Positions 13,301 to 25,245 of a stretch of DNA of 64,000 nt are shown here, in pieces (within the stretch, counting starts at the first letter, position 1; each line of letters starts with the position of its first letter). Origin of the DNA: Coniocarpon cinnabarinum (taxonomy: Eukaryota); assembly GCA_051942205.1 (NCBI GenBank), contig JAVECO010000016.1, positions 62,001 to 126,000 of the forward strand. The letters run 5' to 3'. The notes beneath the pieces are model-generated. The model was not told the origin of the DNA. It did no database searches and was given only the letters and a program-made list of their open reading frames with translations. The translations under genes and the position numbers were made by a program.

Positions 13301-16300
13301 ATGCACTGTCAAGATGTAGTTGAGCAAGATCTGGAGCTAGCTCATCATCGATGTCATCTGACGTCGCTGTTACTTGAAGAGACCTCTGTGATTCAGACCG
13401 TAGTCTGATCCAGTGTTTCTGCGCCTTGCGGAGAGATTTTTTTGCTAAGACAGAGGCTTGCACTGGATTACCCTTCCTCAATGCGACCTGACTCTGTATA
13501 TCAAGGAACTGAACCTGGCTCACGATCGTGGATGTCGCAGCGTGAAGCTTCGAAAAATGCGAGGGCTGAAAATTTCTTTCTGACATCTTCTCCTTGTTTA
13601 CTGTATCAATCTCTTCCAAGTTCGTGACGCTTGAAAATGTTAGCCTGAATGTTGTTCTCATATTTCCACTTCGAAGCCGACTTACCACTGCGCTTCATCC
13701 CCAACCGCCACACAGGCCAGGGCTTGAGCAATGTGGTACTCATTGCGCACCAACGAAGGATAGTCATCACTCTCTAGATATCTTGAAATACAAGTAAGAA
13801 GATCTTGTGCATCCCTCACGTATCCCAGTCGCAACAGACATGACGCGGTGGAAAGCAACGCACGTAGGAATGACACGCTTATTGAAGTAAATGTTGCGCT
13901 GGCGGCTTTGACCTGAAGCGTGTGAACAAGGAGTTCCTGAACGTAATCGGCGCGCATTGCACAGTATTCAGCTAGGAGATGAAGGTCCTGTAACCATGGA
14001 CCTAGCTCAATAACATCACATTTGAGCACAGCTTCCAGGTCTCCACAATCTAACAACTTTTGCCAGGTTGAGAGTGAGAATTCGATTCTTTGATGATACT
14101 CGCTGGTGCTGTGAACGCCCACCAAGAGACTCAAACACGCACAAAGATGTTGTGATACTTGGCGAGAGTTGCTGTAGATCTTTGAGGCCCCGTCGCTTGG
14201 GTCAAGCATATCCACTGCGACCTTCACAAGGGCTTGATGATCTTCATCGTCATGAGCAATCACGGACTGGCGAAGATAAAAACTGATGAGAAGCATTCGT
14301 CGCAGCAATTCATCTTTCTGGCTGTAGATCTTCAGGCATTCCTCGGTAACGGCGCGTTTTGTATTCTCGAGCTGAGAGGATGGATACGCTTGGCTGGCGA
14401 TGTATGCCAACTGCCATTCGAAAAGTGCACCACGAAGGCCTTCATCCGTAACCCCAACGCAATGAAGTGACCAGCAAGTGAATGAGCACTTGCTCTCGAG
14501 CTGGATGTCCAGCCAGGCTTTGAGAGCACTGAAGAAGACCTTGTCTTCCCGCAGGGCATCTAGTCTTCCGAATGCGATAGTCGCAAGTTCCCCCCCTATG
14601 CCTTCGAAACTACGCGATAAAACACACACCTTCAAACACCTCTCAAGGGTTTTAAGCGCATGCCTCGTGGCGCCTGTGCGTCGTAGGTGGCGGCCCAGTC
14701 GATGGAGCTTGAAAGACAAACTACCCAGGCTCATGATTTCTGGGCGAAGGCCTTCAAGAGTTGTGCAAGAATGGCGTAAATAATTGAGTCGGGTTTCATC
14801 ATTTGTATCTTCTTTGCTGGCACTGTAAAAAGTCCAGCATAGGTCTGAAACACGTAGACACGTCTTTTCATGTGGCTGTTGCTCAGTGGCTTCACTCTGA
14901 TAGGTTTGCTGTGGTATACGCACGGCATATCTGCTGAGCTCCACGCAGAGTTGCACCGCCGAGCAAAGCATCTGCCATGCCATGCCACATGTACCCATCA
15001 AGCGTCGTGCAACAAACAAAATTGTGTCGATAAGAGGCATGAGTTCATTCTTGACAAGATCCAGATCATGAGTGGGGCACGAGACTTTGGCGTCATGTTG
15101 GAGTTCCATGGTGAAGAACCTGGTGTAAAATCGACCCACAGAGCAGAGATTGTCCAAATAGTCCTGTAGTGCGGATTGAGTCAACGCGTTCATTGCCTGA
15201 GTTGTATCTGGCACACGCGAACGCGATATCATGGATTTTCTTAGCGATATCAATTCACTAATAAGGAGGTTGCGATCACTAATGGAGCCTTCGAGCTTTC
15301 CAACCAAAAGCTGCGTTATGGCCATAATGCATTCTGTGGTCTTTGAGCTGTCTCGAGAATTGAGTAAATGAGCAAGTCTAACCTCGGCCATACATGAGCG
15401 CATCGTTGATGTCGAGCAATTCACAACAGCGTTGTGGTATCGCTGTGCCCAATTGGTAGCTTCATCATTATCTTCCGCAGCTTGAGCGAAATGACTTAAT
15501 TGCAGACAAATTGTCATAGGCACCATGCTGTATGCATCCTGCTTGTGATATAGATGTCCACAGATGTCATCGACCAAACCCCGCGCAGTTTCAAAATGTT
15601 TCGTGTGAGGACTGCCAGAATCGGCATTGACTTCAGTGAAGACTCTTCCCACCGTAGTCCAGATAGCCTCCAAATTGCAACAGGCATCAGTAAGTCCGAC
15701 GTCAAGCCGATTTCGAATAGCTACACGCGACAAACGCAAGGCTCTGTCCTTACTTAACTCGCTCTTGTCTTTTAGCACGTCCAGAGCGATGATTTCCAGT
15801 AGCTGAATTACTTGATGAAATGCTTTCTCTAGTGTTCTGCGACCCTGAGAGGACTTCTGGGAGCACGCTAGAAGTTTGCAGGGAGCGGCAGCACGTGAAG
15901 GGTCTAAAGAATCAAAGTCATGACTCTCAGGTTCCGCAGTCGACGTGGTGGAGCACATCCTTAGTATCAGCAGTTGATATTCGAGCACCAGGCGAGCCAG
16001 CTCTTCGGAATCGATTGGAATATTTGGGAGGGTCAGCAGGTATGCAGGCGATGTTGATGTCAACACATGCGGATGCCGTTGAATTTGTGTCAGCCGTGAA
16101 CTAGGCGTGCATGATATTTTGATTGAGCTTTGAAGGATATCTGAACAGCGTTTGTGAAATATGTGCAGGGCAATGCTAGCTCGACCACGGCTGCCTGCAG
16201 TGATGAGTCTCGACACGAATGTAAGCAGTCCATTTTCAAGTTTCAAATTTGACGACTTTTGATTTGCTGCAGTAAGAGAGGTCTGGCTATCCAAGATTCG

Positions 16301-16780
16301 AAATCCAATAAGCCCCAGTCGTTCCAAAATGTGCAGCTCACTATGGGTTTTGGCAGACTGCGTTTCAACGAACGAGGACGTTCGTGCGTTCTCGAGATTT
16401 GCGTTTTCATTTTCGAGCTGAGGATTGCACGTGTTTAGAGTCGAAGAGCTGTCACGTTTGACTGTTGCGGCTTTACTCAAAGCTTGCAGAACAGCATTGA
16501 CAATTTGTGTGCCCAATGCACGCTTCTCATTGCTTGTCAAGTTAGCAGCGGGGTGCTGTCTTGATCTCGCGTCTTTCGTCACGCCCGCAGATAGCGTGGT
16601 CTTTTGTCTGCGATCTGCTGGAAGCGCTGCAGATTTGCCAGGGCGCCTTTCAGCGTCTGGTGCGTTTCCGCCCAGCTCATCCCCGCCGAGAAGGTTTTGC
16701 AGACCACGAATAGTTGCTTCAGAGCACAATCCTGACTGCGAGATGACTTGCTTGATATCATTGAGGGCACTCTTGACCAT
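10308..16780 (-). CDS. ESP1: Separase (peptidase C50), about 2138 aa, two exons
   Basis: ORFs 13682-16780 and 10308-13688 are joined in frame by a 56-nt intron 13630-13685 (GTAAGT...GCTAAC...AAG). Catalytic His and Cys motifs YFGHGSG and LFGCSSA are present, as are LILDKKLHAIPWE, LWDITDGDLD and YLNGAAMVVYGVP. Orthologue of BimB/Cut1. Confidence 0.97.
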
Positions 16781-17032
16781 GTCCTCCCGAGGAAATATGA
16801 GTCGTCAGTCATCCAGCTCTCGAGAGCATGATTGCGCGCTATCGTCGGCCGATGCAGGTGGCTTGGAAGGTTGCTAGTAAATAAATGGCTGCGAGTCGGC
16901 GCGTCCAAAGCACGTGAATGCGCGTCGACGTTCGGTAGCATTAAGGGTTATCTAGCCCTTGACTCCTCTCTTCTCAATACCTGCTGCATCTGATGTGCAG
17001 TTGAATAGGGCGCTCGACCAACGAGACGTGCA

Positions 17033-17614
17033 ATGACGATGACTCTCCTCTTGAGGCCGCTGAGGTTGGCTCCTGGACGACTTGGGTCTCAATGGCACGG
17101 CAGTGTGCTCCAATCCTGCCGTACGGCTCCCCCTTCACTAGAGCGCCAACAAGTTCGGACCCTTTTCTACCTACCGACAATCTTGCAACCAGCGTTCTGG
17201 CGGTCGCTCGTCCCGTCCTTCCTCCGCCGTGACAGTCCCGGACCTCAAGGCAGCGCAACGAAGAAGCCTCGGAATCCGGCAACCTATTTCATATGGATGT
17301 CGCTTCTAATTGGATCGCAAGCCATTCAATTGATCACATTGCAGAGAGGGTTCGAGCACTTTACGCACGAGACGGAGGAAAGGCTCGCGTTATTACGTAA
17401 TGTCTTGAAAAGAGTTCAAGCTGGTGAAGATGTCGATGTTGAGAAAGAGCTTGGAACGGACGATCCTGTGAAAGAGAAGGAATGGGAACACGTCATGCAG
17501 GAGCTGGAAAGCGAGGACGCAGTCTATGCTGAAAGAAGTAGAGACAGGAAGAAGAGAGAAGCGCGAGAAGCACGAGAGTCAGGGGAAACAAGACAGTCGA
17601 AGGCCAGCGGATGA
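17033..17614 (+). CDS. Conserved fungal protein, DUF5321-like, probably mitochondrial membrane
   Basis: Arg/Leu-rich presequence-like N-terminus; NPATYFIWMSLLIGSQAIQLI and VQAGEDVDVEKELGTDDP..EKEWE motifs; divergent from separase across about 250 bp. Confidence 0.75.
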   Translation: MTMTLLLRPLRLAPGRLGSQWHGSVLQSCRTAPPSLERQQVRTLFYLPTILQPAFWRSLVPSFLRRDSPGPQGSATKKPRNPATYFIWMSLLIGSQAIQLITLQRGFEHFTHETEERLALLRNVLKRVQAGEDVDVEKELGTDDPVKEKEWEHVMQELESEDAVYAERSRDRKKREAREARESGETRQSKASG

Positions 17615-18739
17615 AATGGAGGACCACATGGCTTTCGCAGATCCATTGCACACGCCTTCTGAGAGATTAATGAAAGACCTCGCCCCGTTGTTGTTATGCA
17701 TCCGAGGTCTTCACCTCCAGTCAGCCGCCTGAGGCTGGACACGTGTCGTGCGTGGCAGAAGCTTGCAACACGGCAAGCCAGCAATGGACGCGAGATTTGC
17801 AATACACAGGTTTTTGTGGTGGTTGGCATTGTCTATACGGGAATGCCTTCAGAAGCTTGGGCATCAGCCGAATGGAGCGCACGAGGTCATCACCGCCACT
17901 TTGCAGGTTGCTTAACACCAGATGGAAAGGACTTCGAATTCTTTCACCTTTTGCCTGTCACTGCGCTCTTGGCAGTCATGTCCGACCAATACTTGAGCAT
18001 CGACGCCAGCTACACGCTCTTTCATCTCGCGAAGACCTCGCCACTTTCTCACGCTCTCCGACTCCCTTTTGTCTCAACTTGTAGTGCTGTGTGCGCTGAC
18101 TCCTCGTGTTCGCCTTTAGATCAATTTTCGGCACAATTCCAATGGCAAAGGAAGAAAAATTGCACGTGCCAGGCGGTGCAGCGTCTGCGTCACCACCGCG
18201 TAGTATCCGCTCGCAAGCGGACGACGCACGAGCTTACCGACGCGAGCACGATCTCTGTGAGTAGGGCGATGGAGACGCAGCTGTATCGATGTGGATTGTG
18301 ATGCACTACTAATGTTACGTATAGGCTTCTACTGTGGCGCGGCCGAGCATACGCTAGCCAACTGCCATTTGGCTCCCCATAATCGGGGTGCAGGGACCTA
18401 TAAATCTCCATCTCGCAATACCAGCCCCTCCATATTTGACGGGAGTCGTGCCAACTCAGCGAGGAGCAAACACAGCAATGTCGTTGATCCGTTCACAGTA
18501 AGGGCTCTTGCCTTCTTCCGTCTCGCTCAGGACTTCACGACGCCTGCCGAATGTTCGCGTTGATGCGCATTCCTCGCTCGTCCCGTGTTTCAGCTCGCTG
18601 ACTCGAACTTCAGTCTTCCCCTGCGAGGAATCGTCCTGCTCCAGGACTCCTCCGTCGCCTAGGTCTCTACGGCACTCCACCAGAAGATTTGACCGAAACT
18701 CAGTGGGCTGATTGTCTCAATGCCCAAACCGGAACCGCC

Positions 18740-19203
18740 ATGTCTGATGAGGCAGACATTTCTGGTATCACTCCAGACAAGGCTATTGATGCGTTGAAGC
18801 GCTATATTGCGATTCGATATCCAGACCCAGTGTCTGCACGCTGCCCATCACCCATGATGTCACTTGACGAGCCTGAGCGCAAGCGCCTGGCCAACGACGT
18901 CCGCAACTGGGAATGTCTTCCTCGCGACGTGAAGAATCGAGCGATTGAGATGGTCAAGAAGACTGACGAGCAAAAGCTCATGGCTGCTCTTGATGTCATT
19001 GGCGAGAAGATTAGTGAGTCTATGCATCCTCACCTTGGACTATTTTAAGACCTTGTACGCTACCAGTCAAGGTTCGACAGGGGCACGATACGAGATGGTG
19101 AGTAGCTCGCTAACAATGTCGCACAGTGCAGGAAGCGCCGGACGAGGTCAAAGTGCAATTTGAAGGGGTGCTTGAATTCTGTATCAAGGACGACGAAGCC
19201 TAA
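18740..19203 (+). CDS. Small hypothetical helical protein, two exons
   Basis: ATG at 18740 (MSDEADISG...); intron GTGAGT at about 19014 ...GCTAAC...CAG at about 19126; exon 2 reads in frame MQEAPDEVKVQFEGVLEFCIKDDEA, stop at 19201-19203. Confidence 0.65.
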
Positions 19204-19631
19204 GGTTGGGGCGTGGATTTTTAGAAAGGTTATAACCTAGGCGTGGCAAGGATCACAAGACATCTCACGCTGGTCGCTGCAGCTTGGATCCAACTTATAG
19301 CTGATCAACGAAGACTTTCGAAAGAGGGACACTCTTGCTTGACGAACACGTAGGTACGTAGTCTGTCTGAAGCAGCCTTCTTGAACGCCATGGCAGGTCT
19401 TGCTTGAATTGCGACGGAAGGGTTTCATTTCTTGGTGGCGGCGGTGAGCGCGGGGGTTCCTTCTCTATCGGAAAGTGCGCAACGTCATCATCGAACATCT
19501 TTTCTGACTAAGGTACTTATCATGGAGCTACACAATCTTCCAATCGCGGTCAAATTGCGTAGCGTAACTCGTCCGACATCAAGCAATGACCTACTCCACT
19601 GTCGTATTCCCAGCACCCATGTTCACAGCAC

Positions 19632-20512
19632 ATGTACAGTCACACGCTTCTGCTAATCCTTCTCCAATTCGCTCCTGTTAAGGCTGCTCAAAACCTCATA
19701 CCTGCCGATGCATCTCTAGTGGGTACCTGGCACACGAAGAGCGGTTCGTGCGTCTTTTGACCTTGAACAAGAGCAAGACCTGACCAGTTTTTCCAGGCCA
19801 AATTCTGACTGGCGTGAATTTCTACAACCCGTCAAATGAGAGCATCACCGAGCCGCGCTTGACTGGACTGTCTTACTCATTCACTGCGGACGGCTATTTC
19901 GAAGAGGCGCGATACCAGGCAATCTCGAATCGTGCGTTGACAGCATGTCATCCGTTCAAAGTTAGTCATTCTGGGACTAATGATGTCTACCCAGCTTCTC
20001 AGCCTGACTGCATAAGCTCTATCATACAGTGGCAACACGGTATCTATGCTCAACGATCGGACGGATCATTGCATCTTCAGCCAATTGCCGGTGATGGCCG
20101 TCAATTGCTATCGCAGCCATGCAACAGCAAGAATGCGGTCTTTACGCGCTGGACTCAGTCTGAGAATATTTCAAAACACGAACAGTACTTGGACACTTAT
20201 AACAATCAACAACGCCTTGACCTTTATCAGTGGGATGGCACTCCGGAAAACCCGTTGTGGCTTGCTGGCCGACGACCAGCGATGCTGCCAACAACTGTGC
20301 TCCATCCGATGCCGACAGCAGCAGTACAAAAAAGATCAGTCGGTCATCTCCATCTGATGCACGAGAGTTTCAGTCAACGCAAAGGCTCCAAGAACCTCGC
20401 AAGGATACGCGTCGCCTGCTTGTTGAGACTGATTACAGTCTCGAGGAGAGCGTGGCTTTGGTCAGGCATCCTCTTTGTGTTTGTTGGTGTAATCATTCTT
20501 AGCTTCGGGTGA
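19632..20512 (+). CDS. ROT1: ER membrane chaperone Rot1
   Basis: Signal peptide MYSHTLLLILLQFAPVKAA; LVGTWHTKSG, intron, QILTGVNFYNP, EPRLTGLSYSFTADGYFEEA, second in-frame intron, QWQHG, DGRQLLSQPC; C-terminal TM helix. Confidence 0.93.
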
Positions 20513-21186
20513 CGTAGGAGCAATGTTGTGCTATAGGAAATAAAGGGTGAAGGCGCAAAGAATACAAGAGCGGGAGTGGCCGAAGCTATGACGTATGATG
20601 CTCTTTTTCAATCAGATCCCATCGTCTGCCCGGCACCCGCACCGCTAACCATATATGGAAGGTGGTTACCTAAAACAGAAGGTCTGTATACCCATTCTTA
20701 GAGATTATTGTACCAGCCTCACCAACCATCACCTATCTAATACCACTATATCAACTTTAATAATTGCATATAACCTATATATACTCTTAAAAATATAATC
20801 TAGACTAGTATAGGGGTATTTTATAGTACGCGCAACCCTACGTTAACCTCTTTAGCTTTAAACAGCGCTGTTAATAGTATATAGAGTTAACTAAAAGTTT
20901 ACTAAGTAGTATACGCTAGATATCCTCTAGTTAAGAAGCTTTTTTTCTAGCGTCTTTATATAAGCGATAGTTACTACTATTCTTCTATCTAAAGAGAACT
21001 AATTAGTACGCTTTTATAGTAGTCTTCTTACCTAAAGATTGCTATATTTTATCTTTATAAGACTATATAGTAGTCTTATAAGTTGTACGCTTCTTTTAAG
21101 CAAAAAGCCTCTATATAAGCTATTTTCTAAATATATAACTATTATTACTACTACTAGTAGTAGTAACCTTAAATTGCTTCTAAATC

Positions 21187-21372
21187 TGTAAGGATCGCGA
21201 CCTAGAAGCTCTCATTGCTACCTAAGGACGGCCTAACTACAAAGGACGTTGCATAGAGAGGAAGGAAGCTTCTCTGCAACGAGTCTATCTCAAATGATTG
21301 TGTGCCAAGCCCTTAGGGTTGTATACCCTATCGCATCACGTGATTCCTTGCATCCAGATCTGAATCCTCACA
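21187..21372 (-). mobile_element. LTR of about 186 bp, reverse orientation
   Basis: Minus strand reads TGTGAGGATTCAGATCTGGATGCAAGG...ATCCTTACA (TG...CA); reverse-complement match to 21756-21944. Confidence 0.8.
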
Positions 21373-21740
21373 TAGGCAATTAAATGCCCTCTCTAAGTAC
21401 TATAAAAAGAAATTAGATATTTAACTAGCAATAGTTTTACTACCCTGTTCTAAGAGGCGGCTCTCTATAGTTAACTATATACAAGACTTTAACATTATTA
21501 ACCCTAATAGAGGACAATAGAAGACTAAGTATATAGTTAACTAGAGCATTAACCTGCTAGCTATTAGACCTAACAAGCGACAACCCTGCTCCCTTAGTTT
21601 AATATAAGATTTAAACTAGAAGCCCTTAATACTATTAAATACGTATACCTAATAGGTTAGTTAACTAACTACACTACTAGTAGCAGCAAACAAGATATAA
21701 TACCTAAATATAAATACATCTAAGCAGGAGCTTAGTATAT

Positions 21741-21944
21741 AAAAGGGGGGAGTAATATAAGAATTTAGATCTAGATGCAAGGGATTACGTGATACGATAG
21801 GGTATACAACCCTAAGAGCTTAGCACACAATTATTTAAGATAGACTCGTTGCAGAGAAGCTTCCTTCTTCTCTATGCAACGTCCTTTGTAGTTAGGCCAG
21901 TCTATAGGTGCCGCATCGAATCCTATTAGGCTGCGATTCTTACA
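21741..21944 (+). mobile_element. 3' end of an LTR retrotransposon: polypurine tract plus 3' LTR (RIP-mutated)
   Basis: PPT AAAAGGGGGGAG (21741-21752) lies just before LTR 21756-21944, whose TG start reads TA after RIP and which ends CTTACA. Confidence 0.8.
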
Positions 21945-22398
21945 ATTATAGGCAGACTATAACAAAGCCTATATACATAAAGGCTTAATAGCCTCTAGCA
22001 ATAAAGTTATAAGGGACGCTAAAGAACGCGACTAACTTACAAAAGAGAAAGAAGTCTTATGCTTTAAGATAGAAGCAGCTAGGCTAAAGACTAATCTTAG
22101 ATAGATAGTAATCTAAGGTATTTGTAACTACTACGATTCGCATAAGGACAAAGATTAGCAGGATTACGCTATAGCCGTTATATTAGAGTATATAAAAGAG
22201 CTTCTAAAGGTTACGCCTAGTCTTAAAGACGGAGATCCTACTAAACCGTTATTAGGCTAGATGTCTGCTAGAACGCTCTCTAACACAGGCAATATATCTA
22301 GTAGTTAACAGAATAATTTTATAGGAGACTTTTAAACGTCGGGTAGTTAGGCTTTTGTCGGAGGACAGTTTCGATCCGATGGACTAATATACTTCTAA
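21945..22398 (+). pseudogene. RIP-inactivated C-terminal half of a PNP_UDP (nucleoside phosphorylase) effector with a C-terminal G/N/Q/F-rich amyloid-like motif
   Basis: One frame from 21961 reads HKGLIASSNKVIRDAKERD*LTKEKEVLCFKIEAARL...VI*GICNYYDSHKDKD*QDYA...YIKELL, matching HYGLIASGN..CFEMEAAGL..IRGICDY.DSHKNK.WQ.YA..YAKELL after reversing RIP. It continues in frame to TGNISSS*QNNFIGDF*TSGS*AFVGGQFRSDGLIYF*. Confidence 0.85.
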
Positions 22399-22577
22399 GC
22401 CTAAGATACTCTGCAATTAGAGAAGGCGCTAAAATAGAGGCTCTCTTATAGTATTAGCTATATGTTAGATTAGAGAACTTGACTTAATCTAATTAAGGTG
22501 CTACAGGAAGTTACACAGCACTCTCTCTTATGACCTACTTAAGTCTTCTCTAATATCCTTTGTATAGCAAGTAAAGC

Positions 22578-24245
22578 TTAAGCAACTATCCGCGCTACAG
22601 GTGCTTGCCATAGCTCTGACACTTCGCTTATACGCGCTACCTTAAGCTCTAGCTCTGCTGCAAGACGCTTGCGCTTTCGACCGTGTTGTTCTTTACTTTT
22701 GTTGGCTTCGTCCTTTATAGCGCGCTTTATTCGTGCATCCTTAAGCTCTTCGTAGCTTATTACCTTTGCTTTGCTAAGAACCTTTAATTTAGTCGTATAG
22801 CAGGCTTTAGCTTCTCTATTAATTCTAGATAAAAACAAATTTTAATCCTAGAGGAGAGCGCGCTTAGCAAACGAGATATATGCGGCGCTTGCTAGCTTCT
22901 GTACGCGCCTCTATAAGCGCTTTCTACTTATCTTGTTAAACGTATAAGCATCTCGTTTAATCAGACTCTATAGTAACGCAAGACTCTCGGCTGTCGCAGG
23001 CGTCGCAGGCGTTAGAGGTGTTGCAGGTGTTGCAGGTGTTGCAGGTGCTGCATCTATTGAATCAGCCTGCGCTTCCATTGGAGCTGGACATTCGGCAAGT
23101 AGCGCTGGTGTGTTTCTTAACACCCTGTCTGGATTGAGCGGGAAAAGTCCAGTCGCAGCCCATGCGGCTGTAATGTTTCTCTTGGTAAATGCCCTTGCCC
23201 TAGCAGGGCTGTATAGTAAGGTAAAGTGCTCCTTGCCGACGGTATCGATGCCTCCCTAATATAGCATTTTAACCTGGTTACGATAGGCCGCCTTTAAGGG
23301 GCTAAAGACTCTAATATTATAAGGCTAAAGCTTATAGGATATATAAGAGGGAAGACAGTATAAAATAACATTATTTATAAAGCAATACTCTAATATCTTA
23401 AGCGTCTTATATATGCTAAAGCTATTATAAATAAGGATTTATAGTTTCTAGTTAGCCTATTTCTTAGTTTAGACATTAAATACCCGCTTAAGCTACTCTA
23501 AACAAATATAAGAGTTATTATATCTATTCTCTAAATAGGTATAATGCTACCCTATAGTAGGAAATATAGTCTAATTACTTTAGTAAGTTAAAGCTAGCCA
23601 GATTATAAGAGAAAGTAGCGACCTACTATTAGTACTAATATACTTAATAGTAGTAACTATAGTTCGCTTTACTTTAGCTCCTCTATAATCCCTTAGCTCG
23701 TCTTTTCTAATAAGGACTTTAATAGAGCCTAGTATGCTTAGCATAACTCTAGTCTTATCTATATTATAGATATTCTTAGGCAGAATAGCTCAATCCTCTA
23801 GTATATCTCTAATTACCTTAAACTAGTATATAATCTTATTATATATATTAATCTTATAACGCTTCTAATCTATAGCCCTAACTCTTCTTACTTTAAGTTC
23901 TAGATAGCGCTTCTTAAAGACCTATGTCTAGTTCTTGCCTAGAGGTTTAACTAGCTCGCCTGCTATAGATTACTAGTATGCGATACTTAAGGCTAAGGAA
24001 GGTATATATTTTATGCGTACGGGTTGTCTAAGATTAGACATTAATAATAAGAATTAAATAATAGCCTTCTCCTCTTCTAGTGTAAGGTACTGCTAGCGTT
24101 AGGCCTTTACCTCTTTTAAGGTTTGCCTATGTGCACGGTAATATAGGGTAGAAAGAGGGACGTGCGCTTTACCTATAAGGGCGGTATACGTTTTAGATAG
24201 ATCTATAGCGGAACCTTGTGCTAGCGCCTGGCTAGCACGATCTAT
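22578..24245 (-). mobile_element. pogo/Fot1-family (Tc1-mariner, DDE_1) transposase, RIP-inactivated
   Basis: Minus strand: (ATA)DRASQALAQG...VPLSTLYYRA...QYLTLEEEKA, PLGKN*T*VFKKRY (HTH), NIYNIDKTRV (YNMDETG), LPSYISYKL*PYNIRVFSPLKAAY (LPSHTSH.LQPLDV.VF.PLK), AWAATGLFPLNPDRVL, and C-terminal LSKAKVISYEEL. Confidence 0.92.
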
Positions 24246-24727
24246 GTTAATAAATATAGTAACTTAATAATGATGATAATAAGGAGAAAATAGTATAACG
24301 ATCTCTAACCCACCTCTACGAAGACAGTGCTTAGCAGCCGCCAGAAAGTTCTAGAACCAAAAATCTTGTTGCCTTGCACGTTAGGCAATATCACATGCCT
24401 GTTGACATACGCCTACACGAACAATATTTGGTTTACACGTAGCTATAAGCTGGCTGTCTTTGAAACTTGAGCTTATCTTCTTCTCTAGAAGAATAGTTAC
24501 CTTAGCGCTCAAAATGTTAGAATATATCAATGTCTAAAGTACTACAAGGTTTTATAATTAGAGCAGTTCTTAACGACGTAAACAGTATAATGGATAGCAG
24601 ACTAACATTAATGCTTGCTTCTTATTGCACGTCATCCTTATAATAATGAAGAGTCTTAAAATGCTATGACAAGTTTTTAAGCTCTACAAACTTGCATCGG
24701 AGAAGTTGAGATGTTAAAATAATAACA

Positions 24728-24770
24728 TTTCTCGGCACGAGGGGTTTCTCGGCACGCAGGGAGGGACGTT
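24728..24770. mobile_element. Fot1/pogo-type terminal inverted repeat followed by TA
   Basis: TTTCTCGGCACG occurs twice, then CAGGAGGGACGT|TA. An ACGT terminus, internal direct repeats and a TA target are typical of Fot1/Pot elements. No partner TIR was found. Confidence 0.6.
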
Positions 24771-25245
24771 ACGTCTGTAATGGATATGACGCTATAGTCT
24801 GGAAGTTTCGCAATACAAACTTTAGAGCATCTTGCACGAGCACCAACACACCACTATGCTCCGCTCTCTTCTATACTTACAGTTACAGTATTGTATAACT
24901 ATGATGTTTTACTCTGTCCCAGTTGGTAGATCGATCGACTTCTGCTAGGCCATAGTTGCACAACCCTAAGCGCCTCATTGAAATTCAGCTCATCCTCTGT
25001 AATATGCAAAAGCCAGTCCAGTCCACTAGACCTTCCTTCTTGTAGGAGCTCAAGCCATAGGTCCTGGTTATCGAAGTATGCCCACAGTTGGAGCAAGTTT
25101 GCTGAATGTTCGTTTTGTTGACGAACGCGGCTTAAAGACACATTCCATGTCGAGTACAACTTCTTATCTTCGTAAGAGCTGACTTCAGGGCTTTTCTGTT
25201 GTAATCTGGGCCATGAGGATTTGTAGAGTTGAAGATAAGTTAGTA
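24771..25245 (-). pseudogene. Fragment of an NB-ARC (TPR-type) NLR, helical/winged-helix region
   Basis: YLQLYKSSWPRLQQKSPEVSSYEDKKLYSTWNVSLSRVRQQNEHSANLLQLWAYFDNQDLWLELLQ...DELNFNEALRV, frameshift, CNYGLAEVD; no P-loop or TPR part visible. Confidence 0.75.

Larger units (their letters stand above)
20690..24300. other. AT-rich, RIP-mutated block
   Basis: Abrupt switch to TpA-rich, CpA/TpG-poor sequence; stops arise at Gln/Trp/Arg codons (TAA/TAG) in the recognisable genes inside it. Confidence 0.9.

Noticed and set aside
10417..16941. Many short antisense and overlapping ORFs inside separase (likewise within NAT1, agmatinase and the MFS gene)
   Set aside because: Shadow frames of real coding sequence
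20690..21186. Missing 5' half of the PNP gene or a captain remnant
   Set aside because: Too mutated; no motif recognised in the frames I read
21181..21377. Target-site duplication around the left LTR (TAAAT versus TAGGC after RIP)
   Set aside because: Offset by one base and needs three changes
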